In this document: positions 1-8,553 of the stretch, one piece after another
Layout of the letters: each line of letters begins with the position of its first letter
How positions within the stretch are numbered: position 1 is the stretch's first letter
Origin: an uncultured Methylibium sp.
GTDB lineage: Bacteria > Pseudomonadota > Gammaproteobacteria > Burkholderiales > Burkholderiaceae_C
Assembly: GCA_964384225.1 (NCBI GenBank)
Contig: CAYLKR010000001.1
Location: 1 to 42,457, forward strand
Direction of reading: 5' to 3'
Length of the DNA: 42,457 nt
Notes under the pieces: model-generated
Database searches by the model: none
Told to the model about the DNA's origin: nothing
The model's input: the letters and a program-made list of their open reading frames with translations, nothing else
Program-made: the position numbers and the translations under genes

Positions 1-1
1 C

Positions 2-334
2 GGCCACAAGGACAAGCCGCTGACCAACGACCCGATGGAGGCCACCTACATCGGCATCCACATGTGGGCGCAGGCGGTCGAGAAGGCCAAGTCCACCGAC
101 ACCGACAAGGTGATCGCCGCGATGGCCGGCCAGACCTTCAAGGCGCCGGGCGGCTTCGTCTCGACGATGGACCCGGAGAACCACCACCTGCACAAGCCGG
201 TGTTCATCGGCGAGGTCAAGGCCGACGGCCAGTTCAACATCGTGTGGAAGACCAAGGGCCCGATCGCCGCCGACCCCTGGAGCGACTACATCCCCGAGAA
301 CAAGGGCAAGAAGAACGTGCCGGAGAAGAAGTGA
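2..334 (+). CDS. urtA: Urea ABC transporter substrate-binding protein, C-terminal part (5' truncated by window edge)
   Basis: Frame open from window start (GHKDKPLTNDPMEATYIGIHMW...NHHLHKPVFIGEV...PWSDY); directly upstream of urtBCDE. Confidence 0.93.
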   Translation, partial: GHKDKPLTNDPMEATYIGIHMWAQAVEKAKSTDTDKVIAAMAGQTFKAPGGFVSTMDPENHHLHKPVFIGEVKADGQFNIVWKTKGPIAADPWSDYIPENKGKKNVPEKK

Positions 335-1971
335 CCGCAGGCCGCGCCGTTGGGGGGCGCTGCGGCGGCTGGCGGACGGTGGCCGCGGCACTGCTCGCGG
401 CAGCCCTCTGGCTGGCCGCGGCGCCCGCTGCGTGGGCGCTGACGCCGGCGCAGGCCCACGCGATCGCCACCGGCGACAGCGACGCGCGCATCGCCGCGCT
501 GCAGCAGGCGCTGGCCGCCGGCGACGCGCGTGTGGCGCTGCTGCTGCAGGCGTTGCTGGAGGGCACCGTCAGCACCGACGCCGAGCGCGCCTACCTGCTG
601 CAGCCCGATGGCAGCGCCGTCGAGGCCGCGAGCGGCGCGCCGGCCACGCCGGCGGCCGACGCCGAGCCGGCGCTCGTCAACAACCGCCTGCGCGGCGAGT
701 TCGAGACCGCGCTCGCGGCGCTGCAGCTGCGCAGCCCCGAGCTGTCGCTGCGCCGCGCCGCGGTGCGGCAGCTGCGCGACGGGGCCGACGAGTCCAAGCT
801 CGCGCTGATCGAGCGGGCCCTGGCCGCCGAGATCGACCCCGCACTGCGTGCCGAGCTGGCGCTGCTGCGTGCGCGCGTGCTGATCGCCTCGGGCGACCGC
901 GCCAAGCGCCTGGCCGCCGCCGAGGCGCTGGCCGGCGAGGCCGATCCGACGGTGCGCAATCTGCTGCAGGAGCGGCTGCGGCCGGCGGCCGAGGGCGGCG
1001 AGGCGGACCGCGAGGTGCGTGCCGCGGCGCAGCGTGCGCTCGACGGCATCAACAGCCGCCTGGCCTGGGGCGAGCGCGCCGGCGTGCTGTTCTCCGGCCT
1101 GAGCCTGGGCTCGATCCTGATGCTGGCCGCGCTCGGCCTCGCGATCACCTACGGGCTGATGGGCGTGATCAACATGGCCCACGGCGAGCTGATCATGATC
1201 GGCGCCTACGCGACCTGGCTGGTGCAGAACCTCTTCCGCGCCCACCTGCCGGGCGCCTTCGACTGGTACCTGGCGGCGGCGATCCCGGTCTCCTTCCTCG
1301 CCGCGGCGGCGGTCGGCGCGGTGCTCGAGCGCGGCGTGATCCGCTTCCTCTACGGCCGCCCGCTCGAGACCCTGCTGGCCACCTGGGGCATCAGCCTGAT
1401 CCTGATCCAGCTCGTGCGCACGCTGTTCGGCGCGCAGAACGTGCCGGTCGAGAACCCGGCGTGGCTGTCCGGCGGCGTGGCGGTCGCGAGCAACCTGACG
1501 CTGCCCTACAACCGCCTCGCGATCATCGTGTTCGCTGGTCTGGTGCTCGGCGGCATGGCGCTGCTGATCGCGAAGACGCGGCTCGGCCTCTTCGTGCGCG
1601 GCGTGACGCAGAACCGGCCGATGGCCGCCTGCCTGGGCGTGCACACCGCGCGCACCGACACGCTGGCCTTCGCGCTCGGCGCCGGCGTCGCCGGGCTGGC
1701 CGGCTGCGCGCTGAGCCAGGTCGGCAACGTCGGCCCGGACCTCGGCCAAGGCTACATCGTCGACTCCTTCATGGTGGTGGTGCTCGGCGGCGTGGGCCAG
1801 CTCGCCGGCACGGTCTACGCGGCGCTCGGGCTGGGCGTCGTCAACAAGCTGCTCGAAGGCTGGGCCGGCGCGGTGCTGGCGAAGATCATGGTGCTGGTCT
1901 TCATCGTCGTGTTCATCCAGAAGCGGCCGTCGGGGCTGTTCGCGCTGAAGGGCCGGAGCGCCGAGGCATGA
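331..1971 (+). CDS. urtB: Urea ABC transporter permease UrtB with N-terminal periplasmic helical domain
   Basis: GTG start overlapping urtA stop (GTGA); LivH-type motifs GLAITYGLMGVINMAHGE, RPLETLLATWG, GQGYIVDSFMVVVLGG; start is inferred. Confidence 0.92.
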   Translation: MTAGRAVGGRCGGWRTVAAALLAAALWLAAAPAAWALTPAQAHAIATGDSDARIAALQQALAAGDARVALLLQALLEGTVSTDAERAYLLQPDGSAVEAASGAPATPAADAEPALVNNRLRGEFETALAALQLRSPELSLRRAAVRQLRDGADESKLALIERALAAEIDPALRAELALLRARVLIASGDRAKRLAAAEALAGEADPTVRNLLQERLRPAAEGGEADREVRAAAQRALDGINSRLAWGERAGVLFSGLSLGSILMLAALGLAITYGLMGVINMAHGELIMIGAYATWLVQNLFRAHLPGAFDWYLAAAIPVSFLAAAAVGAVLERGVIRFLYGRPLETLLATWGISLILIQLVRTLFGAQNVPVENPAWLSGGVAVASNLTLPYNRLAIIVFAGLVLGGMALLIAKTRLGLFVRGVTQNRPMAACLGVHTARTDTLAFALGAGVAGLAGCALSQVGNVGPDLGQGYIVDSFMVVVLGGVGQLAGTVYAALGLGVVNKLLEGWAGAVLAKIMVLVFIVVFIQKRPSGLFALKGRSAEA

Positions 1972-3080
1972 GCGCCGTGCTGCCTGCCGCTGCCGCACCG
2001 CGCCCGGCGATGAAGCTGCGCGCGTGGACCGGCGTGCTCGTCGCGGTGATCGCGGTGTGCGTTCTCGCGCCGATCGCCAACCTCGCGATCCCCGAGAGCA
2101 GCGCCTTCCACCTCAGCGACTACGCCGTCGCGCTGATCGCCAAGATCATGTGCTACGCGATCTGCGCGCTGGCGATGGACCTGATCTGGGGCTATGCCGG
2201 CATCCTGTCGCTCGGCCACGGCCTGTTCTTCGCGCTCGGCGGCTACGCGATGGGCATGTACCTGATGCGCCAGATCGGCAGCGACGGCCAGTACCGCTCG
2301 GACATGCCGGACTTCATGGTCTTCCTGAACTGGAAGGAGTTCCCCTGGCACTGGGCGCTCAGCGATTCCTTCGTCGCGCAGATGGCGCTGGTGGTGCTGG
2401 CGCCCGGGCTGCTGGCCTTCGTGTTCGGCTGGTTCGCGTTCCGCTCGCGCATCAAGGGCGTGTACTTCTCGATCATCACTCAGGCGCTGACCTTCGCCGC
2501 GATGCTGCTCTTCTTCCGCAACGAGACCGGCTTCGGCGGCAACAACGGCTTCACCGACTTCAAGCGCATCCTCGGCATGCCGATCGCGACGCCGGGCATG
2601 CGGATGACGCTGTTCGTGATCACCGGGCTGACGCTGATCGGCGCCTTCGTCGGCGCGCGCTGGCTGATGGGCACCAAGTTCGGCCGCGTGCTGCAGGCGA
2701 TCCGCGATGCCGAGGGTCGCACGATGTTCATCGGCTACGACCCGGTGGCCTACAAGCTCGCGATCTGGACGCTGTCGGCGGTGCTGTGCGGCATCGCCGG
2801 AGCGCTCTACGTGCCGCAGGTCGGCATCATCAACCCGAGCGAGATGTCGCCCGCGGCCGGCATAGAGATCGCGGTCTGGGCGGCGGTCGGCGGCCGCGGC
2901 ACGCTGGTCGGGCCGATCGTCGGCGCCTTCTTCGTCAACGGCGCGAAGAGCTGGTTCACGCAGGCCTTCCCGGAGTTCTGGCTCTACTTCCTCGGCGCGC
3001 TGTTCATCGCGGTGACGCTCTTTCTCCCGCAGGGGCTGATCGGGCTGTGGCGCAAGCTGCGCAAGGGGAAGGCGGCATGA
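1968..3080 (+). CDS. urtC: Urea ABC transporter permease UrtC
   Basis: ATGA overlap with urtB; DLIWGYAGILSLGHG, RSRIKGVYFSIITQAL, GFGGNNGFTDFK motifs. Confidence 0.93.
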   Translation: MSAVLPAAAAPRPAMKLRAWTGVLVAVIAVCVLAPIANLAIPESSAFHLSDYAVALIAKIMCYAICALAMDLIWGYAGILSLGHGLFFALGGYAMGMYLMRQIGSDGQYRSDMPDFMVFLNWKEFPWHWALSDSFVAQMALVVLAPGLLAFVFGWFAFRSRIKGVYFSIITQALTFAAMLLFFRNETGFGGNNGFTDFKRILGMPIATPGMRMTLFVITGLTLIGAFVGARWLMGTKFGRVLQAIRDAEGRTMFIGYDPVAYKLAIWTLSAVLCGIAGALYVPQVGIINPSEMSPAAGIEIAVWAAVGGRGTLVGPIVGAFFVNGAKSWFTQAFPEFWLYFLGALFIAVTLFLPQGLIGLWRKLRKGKAA

Positions 3081-3961
3081 CGCCCGAGCTGATGGCCGCC
3101 GGCGGCCGCGCGCGCCAGCGCCTGGCCAGACCGGCCGAGCCGGTGGACGACGGCGGCCGCGTCGCGAGCTATGCGCGCCGGCTCGAGCGCGGCGTGCTCG
3201 ACGTCTCGCACGGCCCCATCCTCTACCTCGACGACATCACCGTCAGCTTCGACGGCTTCAAGGCGCTGAACGCGCTATCGCTGACCATCGACGCCGGCGA
3301 GCTGCGCTGCATCATCGGCCCCAACGGTGCCGGCAAGACGACGATGATGGACGTCATCACCGGCAAGACCCGGCCCGACGCCGGACAGGCCTTCTTCGGC
3401 CAGACCATCGACCTGCTTGCGCTCAACGAGCCGCAGGTCGCGCGCGCCGGCATCGGCCGCAAGTTCCAGAAGCCCAGCGTGTTCGAGCAGCTGACGGTGT
3501 TCGAGAACCTCGAGCTCGCGCTGGCCGGCGACCGCAGCCCCTGGGCCGCCGTGCGCCACCGCCTCGACGGCGCGCAGCGCGACCGCATCGACGCCGTGCT
3601 GCGCCAGATCCACCTGAAGGACGAGGCGCGCCGCGCCGCCGGCCTGCTGTCGCACGGCCAGAAGCAGTGGCTCGAGATCGGCATGCTGCTGATGCAGGAC
3701 CCGAAGCTGCTGCTGCTCGACGAGCCGGTGGCCGGGATGACCGACGAGGAGACGGCGCGCACCGCCGAGCTCTTCCTGTCGCTCGAGGGCGAGCATTCGC
3801 TGGTGGTGGTGGAGCACGACATGAGCTTCATCCACGCGCTGACCAAGGGCAACCCGAAGAAGAAGGTCACCGTGCTGCACGAAGGGCATGTGCTGGCCGA
3901 GGGCCCGCTGGCCCAGGTGCAGGCGAACGAGCAGGTGGTCGAGGTGTACCTCGGGCGCTAG
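3077..3961 (+). CDS. urtD: Urea ABC transporter ATP-binding protein UrtD
   Basis: ATGA overlap; Walker A GPNGAGKT, signature LSHGQKQWLEIGM, Walker B LLLLDEPVAG. Confidence 0.93.
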   Translation: MTPELMAAGGRARQRLARPAEPVDDGGRVASYARRLERGVLDVSHGPILYLDDITVSFDGFKALNALSLTIDAGELRCIIGPNGAGKTTMMDVITGKTRPDAGQAFFGQTIDLLALNEPQVARAGIGRKFQKPSVFEQLTVFENLELALAGDRSPWAAVRHRLDGAQRDRIDAVLRQIHLKDEARRAAGLLSHGQKQWLEIGMLLMQDPKLLLLDEPVAGMTDEETARTAELFLSLEGEHSLVVVEHDMSFIHALTKGNPKKKVTVLHEGHVLAEGPLAQVQANEQVVEVYLGR

Positions 3962-3971
3962 CCCGGGGACA

Positions 3972-4020
3972 CCTGCGGTGGAGCGCAGGGCTCCCCCGAG
4001 CCCCGTCCGGGAGGGGGCTC
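3972..4020. repeat. Pair of short GC-rich inverted repeats (REP-like) between urtD and urtE
   Basis: cctgcg-N6-cgcagg and gagcccc-N9-ggggctc in the 86-nt intergenic gap; single copy in this window. Confidence 0.35.
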
Positions 4021-4047
4021 CAGCACGAGGCACGAGGCAAGAAGGAA

Positions 4048-4740
4048 ATGCTCAGCGTCGACAACCTTCATCAGTACTACGGCGGCTCGCACATCCTGCG
4101 CGGCGTGGGGTTCGAGGCGCGCGCCGGCGAGGTGACCGTCGTGCTCGGCCGCAACGGCGTCGGCAAGACGACGCTGCTGCGCACGCTGATGGGCCTGGTC
4201 AAGCCGCGCAGCGGCAGCATCGCGCTCGGCGGCGAGGCGATCGGCGCGCGCACGCCCTACGAGCGCGCCCGCCTCGGCATCGGCTACGTGCCGCAGGGGC
4301 GCGAGATCTTCGGCCGCCTCACGGTCGAGGAGAACCTGCGCATGGGACTGGCCAGCCGCCCGGGCGGCAGCGGCATCCCGGCCGAGGTGTTCGAGCTCTT
4401 CCCGGTGCTGAAGCAGATGCTCGGCCGCCGTGGCGGCGACCTGTCGGGCGGCCAGCAGCAGCAGCTCGCGATCGCGCGTGCGCTGGCGGCGGGCCCGCGC
4501 CTGCTGATCCTCGACGAGCCGACCGAGGGCATCCAGCCCAGCATCATCAAGGACATCGGCCGGGTGATCCGCCAGCTCGCCGACCGCGGCACGATGGCCA
4601 TCCTGCTGGTCGAGCAGTACTACGACTTCGCCGCCGAGCTGGCCGACCAGTACCTGGTGATGGAGCGCGGCGAGATCGTCCAGCGCGGCCATGGCGCCGA
4701 CATGGCGGCCGAGCGGGTGCGCGAGCGGCTCGCGATCTAG
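4048..4740 (+). CDS. urtE: Urea ABC transporter ATP-binding protein UrtE
   Basis: AAGGA just upstream of the ATG; GRNGVGKT, YVPQGREIF, LSGGQQQQLAIAR, LILDEPTEGIQP. Confidence 0.94.
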   Translation: MLSVDNLHQYYGGSHILRGVGFEARAGEVTVVLGRNGVGKTTLLRTLMGLVKPRSGSIALGGEAIGARTPYERARLGIGYVPQGREIFGRLTVEENLRMGLASRPGGSGIPAEVFELFPVLKQMLGRRGGDLSGGQQQQLAIARALAAGPRLLILDEPTEGIQPSIIKDIGRVIRQLADRGTMAILLVEQYYDFAAELADQYLVMERGEIVQRGHGADMAAERVRERLAI

Positions 4741-5570
4741 GTCCGCCAGACCCGCGGCGCGCAGGCCGCCAGCCCCCAGGCGAGTTCGCGCCAGGCCTGC
4801 CACACGGCGGTCAGCAGCGTCCAGGCCGGCTCGGCGCGCGGCGCCAGCGCACGCAGCACGACGAGGCGGGATTCGGGGGACGTCACGCCACAGCGTGCCG
4901 CCAGCGCGTGCGTCGCGGCCAGGCCGCGCGCCGCGTCGAGCAGCCCCTCGATGCGCTCGCGCGGCAGCGGCTCGGCCGACGCGAACCACAGCGTCGCGAG
5001 CAGGCGGTCGCCGCCCCAGCCGAGCGGGGAGTCGAGCAGCCGACCGTCGGCCGCGGCGTCGACGCGCGTGCGCTCCAGCCAGACCCCCGGCCACTCGATC
5101 GTCTGGTCCACGCGGCCCGCATCGAAGGGCGCGCCGCTGGCCGGCAGGCCGAGCGCCAGCAGGTCCCAGCCGATCATCTGCGCGCCCGGCGCGAGCTCGA
5201 AGCGCAGCCGGTTGCCGACCCGCGCACCGGCATGGCAGATCGTCTCCATCGGCAGCCATTCGAGCCGCGCATCCGCCGCGACGCGCGCCGACAGCGCTTG
5301 CGTCGCCTCGGCGCCGCCGCTGCGGTAGAAGCGCGTCGCCCCCGGCGTCGTGACGAGGCCGTGGGCGCCGTCGCGCAGCTGCAGGTCGATGTCGAGTGTG
5401 TCGCCACCGACGATGCCGCCCGGCGGATGCACCAGCACCGCGTGGCAGACCGAAGGCGACTCCGGGTAGAGGCTCTTCAGCACGCGCAGCGGCCCCTCAT
5501 GACGGTGGGCGAGCCGCGTGCGGTCGCCGTCGCGGTGGAAGTCGAGTTGGAGTCGGGCGGGCCAGGACAT
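4737..5570 (-). CDS. ureD: Urease accessory protein UreD
   Basis: HEGPLRVLKSLYPE, HPPGGIVGGD, TTPGATRFYRS, LEWLPMETI and C-terminal PRVWRT typical of UreD. Confidence 0.92.
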   Translation of the reverse strand: MSWPARLQLDFHRDGDRTRLAHRHEGPLRVLKSLYPESPSVCHAVLVHPPGGIVGGDTLDIDLQLRDGAHGLVTTPGATRFYRSGGAEATQALSARVAADARLEWLPMETICHAGARVGNRLRFELAPGAQMIGWDLLALGLPASGAPFDAGRVDQTIEWPGVWLERTRVDAAADGRLLDSPLGWGGDRLLATLWFASAEPLPRERIEGLLDAARGLAATHALAARCGVTSPESRLVVLRALAPRAEPAWTLLTAVWQAWRELAWGLAACAPRVWRT

Positions 5571-5583
5571 GGGGCGGGACAGG

Positions 5584-6477
5584 TCAGCGCGGCGCCGCGC
5601 GCAAGGCCGGCCCCTTCAGCAGCCCGGTCGCAAGCGCCGTGCCGAGCAGGATGACTGCGCCGCCGGCCAGCATCTCGGCGCTGACGGCCTCGTCGAGCAG
5701 CAGCGCGCCCCACAGCATCGCGAACACCGGGATCAGGAAGGTCACCGCGATCGCGTTCGCCGGGCCGACGCGCGCGATCAGACGGAAGTACATCACGTAG
5801 GCCAGGCCGGTGCAGGCCACGGCCAGCAGCGCGGCGGCCAGCCAGGCGGTCGGCGAGGGCGTTGCGGCCGGCCACCACCACAGTGCCGGCGGCAGCAGCA
5901 CCAGCGTGGCGGCGAGCTGGCTGCCGCCGGCGACCGCGAGCGGCGGCACGCCGGCCAGGTGGCGCTTCGCGTAGTTGGCCGCCAGGCCGTAGCACAGCGT
6001 CGCGGCCAGCACGGCGACGAGGGCCCAGCCGCTCGCGTCCGCGCCGGGCCGGAAGCTGGCCTGGTCCCAGAACAGCCCGAGCACGCCGACGAAGCCGATC
6101 GCCAGGCCGAGCACGCGCGCCGGCCCCGGGGCCTCCTTCAGCCACAGCCAGGCGATCAGCGCGCCCCACAGCGGCGCGGTGGCGTTGAAGATCGCGGCGA
6201 GGCCGGCCGTGATCGTCAGCGCCGCCCAGCTGTAGGCGAGAAAGGGCAGCGCCGAGTTCGCGAGGCCGACGACGAGGATCGGCCCCCAGTGCCGGCGCAG
6301 CGTCGCCAGCTCGCCGCGCCAGGCGACGAGCGGCAGCAGGCACAGCGCCGCGCCCGTGACACGGATCCCGGCCAGCGCGACGGGGCCGAACTCGCCGGCG
6401 CCCAGGCGCATGAACAGGAAGGACGCGCCCCAGATCGCCGCGAGCGCGACGAGCTCGCCGAGGTCGACGGCCTTCAT
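5584..6477 (-). CDS. EamA/DMT family transporter
   Basis: About 10 hydrophobic segments, IWGASFLFMR start, two EamA-like halves (ACTGLAYVMYFRLI...VTFLIPVFAMLWG). Confidence 0.9.
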   Translation of the reverse strand: MKAVDLGELVALAAIWGASFLFMRLGAGEFGPVALAGIRVTGAALCLLPLVAWRGELATLRRHWGPILVVGLANSALPFLAYSWAALTITAGLAAIFNATAPLWGALIAWLWLKEAPGPARVLGLAIGFVGVLGLFWDQASFRPGADASGWALVAVLAATLCYGLAANYAKRHLAGVPPLAVAGGSQLAATLVLLPPALWWWPAATPSPTAWLAAALLAVACTGLAYVMYFRLIARVGPANAIAVTFLIPVFAMLWGALLLDEAVSAEMLAGGAVILLGTALATGLLKGPALRAAPR

Positions 6478-6965
6478 GCGAACACCGCGCCCTCGCGCCG
6501 CAGCAGCTCGGCCTTGCGCGGCAGCCCGCCGGCGTAGCCGGTCAGCGATCCGTCCCGGCCCAGCACGCGGTGGCAGGGCACGACGATCGACAGCGGGTTG
6601 CGCCCGACGGCCGCCGCGACCGCGCGCACCGCGTCGGCCCGGCCGAGGCGGCGCGCGAGCGCGCCGTAGCTCTCGGTGCGGCCGGCCTCGATGCCCGCGA
6701 GCGCCCGCCAGACCGCGCGCTGGAAGTCGGTGCCCCGAGGGTCCAGCGGCACCGCGAAGCCGGCCTGCGGGTCGTCCCAGTAGCGCGCCAGCTCGGTGGC
6801 GGCCTGGGCGAGCCAGCGCTGCGCGGCATCGACCGGCGCGGCCAGCGCGCCCGGATGGTGCTTCTGGCCGTCGAACCAGAGTCCGGCGAGGCCGCGTGCG
6901 GTGGCGGCCAGGGTCACGGGGCCGAGCGGCGTGTCGGTACGCGCCTGAACGAGAGCGGGGGTCAT
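6474..6965 (-). CDS. ogt: Methylated-DNA--protein-cysteine S-methyltransferase
   Basis: GTDFQRAVW, RAVAAAVGRNP, active-site PCHRV, LTGYAGG; ATGA overlaps on both sides. Confidence 0.93.
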   Translation of the reverse strand: MTPALVQARTDTPLGPVTLAATARGLAGLWFDGQKHHPGALAAPVDAAQRWLAQAATELARYWDDPQAGFAVPLDPRGTDFQRAVWRALAGIEAGRTESYGALARRLGRADAVRAVAAAVGRNPLSIVVPCHRVLGRDGSLTGYAGGLPRKAELLRREGAVFA

Positions 6966-8431
6966 GCGGGGTTCTCCAGGTGTTGCCACAGGCGCACCAC
7001 GGCGTAGGCGCGCCAGGGCCGCCAGGCCTCGGCGAGCGCGGTGCTGCGCTTCGGGTCGCGCGTGCCGAGGGCCTGGTACAGGCCGATGTCGGACGCCGGC
7101 CAGGCGTCGGGCCAGGCCAGCGCGCGCATCGCGATCAGCTGCGCAGTCCATTCGCCGATGCCCGGCAGCGCGCGCAGCGCCTCGAGCGTCGGCTCGAGCG
7201 GCGCCGCGCGGTGCAGCTCGATCTCGCCGCCGGCGACCGCGCGCGCCAGCGCCTGGATCGCGCCGACGCGCTGGCGCACGATGCCGAGCGCCCCGAGCGC
7301 CGCCGGGTCCGCGGCCGCGAGCGTCGCGGCCTCGGGGAACAGGCGCTGCAGGCCGGGGTAGGGGGTGTCGATCGGCGCGCCGTAGCGCTCGACCAGCCGG
7401 CCGGCCAGCGTGCGCGCCGCCTTCACCGTGACCTGCTGGCCGAGCACCGCGCGCACCGCCACCTCGAAGCCGTCGAGCGCCCCCGGCAGCCGCGCGCCGG
7501 GGCGCGCCGGCACCGGCAGGCCGGCGAGCGCGGCGTCGATGCGTTCCGGGTCGGCGTCGAGGTCGAAGGCCTGGCGCAGGCGCTGCAGCAGCGGCCCGAG
7601 CGCCGGCGCCAGCGTCGGCGACAGCTCGACCTGCAGCTCGCAGCGCTCGGGCACGAAGCGCGCGACCAGCCAGCCGGCATGGCGCCGTCCGTCGTGCTGC
7701 AGCGCCAGCGTGCGCCTCAGCGCGAGGCCGTCGACGGCCTCGATGCCGGGCAGCGCACGGCGTGCATGGAAGCCGAGCATCGCGTCGATGTCGTAGGGCG
7801 GGCGCCAGCCGAGCCGCAGGGTCAGCGCCTGCGCGGCCGGGCCCGTGGTGCGGCCGGCACGGCGCAGCGCGCTCGGGTTCAGGCCGTAGCGCTCGGCGAA
7901 GGCGGCGTTGAAGCGGCGCAGGCTCGTGTAGCCGCTGGCGTGCGCGATCGCCGTGACCGGCTCGGCGGTGTCGGTCAGCAGCTGCTTGGCGAGGAGCAGG
8001 CGCTGCGTCGTCAGGAAGTCGATCGGCGTCACGCCGTGCGCGGCCTGGAAGATGCGGCGCAGGTGGCGGTCGGTCACGCCCAGGCGGGCCGCGACGGCCG
8101 GCACGTCGACGGCGCGGCCGGCGTGCACCGCCTCGCGCATCCAGCGCGCCGCCTGCTCGGCCAGGGTCTGCGAGGAGTCGGCCAGCGACAGGCCCGGCGC
8201 CAGCTCCGGCCGGCAGCGCAGGCAGGGGCGAAAGCCATCGCGCTCGGCGCTCGCGGCATTGGCATAGAAGCGCATGTTGGCGCGCTTCGGCAGCTTCACG
8301 CGGCACACCGGGCGGCAGTAGATGCCGGTGGACGTGACGCCGACATACAGCCGCCCATCGAAGCGCGCGTCGCGCGCCGACCAGGCGCGGTAGGCGGCGT
8401 CGGCGTCGATCGGGGCGGGCGCGTGGTCCAT
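6962..8431 (-). CDS. alkA: Ada Zn-binding/AraC HTH fused to AlkA DNA-3-methyladenine glycosylase
   Basis: RDARFDG, STGIYCRPVC...FRPCLRCRP (Ada Zn site), AraC-type HTH (SGYTSLRRFN), HhH-GPD LPGIGEWTA, WRPWRAYA. Confidence 0.92.
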   Translation of the reverse strand: MDHAPAPIDADAAYRAWSARDARFDGRLYVGVTSTGIYCRPVCRVKLPKRANMRFYANAASAERDGFRPCLRCRPELAPGLSLADSSQTLAEQAARWMREAVHAGRAVDVPAVAARLGVTDRHLRRIFQAAHGVTPIDFLTTQRLLLAKQLLTDTAEPVTAIAHASGYTSLRRFNAAFAERYGLNPSALRRAGRTTGPAAQALTLRLGWRPPYDIDAMLGFHARRALPGIEAVDGLALRRTLALQHDGRRHAGWLVARFVPERCELQVELSPTLAPALGPLLQRLRQAFDLDADPERIDAALAGLPVPARPGARLPGALDGFEVAVRAVLGQQVTVKAARTLAGRLVERYGAPIDTPYPGLQRLFPEAATLAAADPAALGALGIVRQRVGAIQALARAVAGGEIELHRAAPLEPTLEALRALPGIGEWTAQLIAMRALAWPDAWPASDIGLYQALGTRDPKRSTALAEAWRPWRAYAVVRLWQHLENPA

Positions 8432-8437
8432 GGCGTC

Positions 8438-8478
8438 ATCTTAGGTCCGGCCAGGGTGAAGACTCGCCGTTTTCGGAC
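8438..8478 (-). promoter_or_regulatory. Putative ada/alkA promoter (-10 TAAGAT, possibly leaderless) with candidate upstream activator site GTCCGAAAACGGCGAG
   Basis: TAAGAT ends 6 nt before the ATG, no SD seen; A-tract element about 20 nt further upstream; function inferred. Confidence 0.4.
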
Positions 8479-8553
8479 CTGTGCCTGGACGGCCGGACGG
8501 ACCGCTGCCGACGCATTCCTACAATGCGCCGGACTCAACCGGGAAGGGCTCGC

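Noticed and set aside
64-330. Long N-terminal extensions in the ORF track (urtB from 64, likewise urtC, urtD, urtE, ogt, DUF3570, apbE)
   Set aside because: Extensions overlap upstream genes in other frames or lack protein-like sequence; coupled ATGA/GTGA starts or RBS-supported starts fit better
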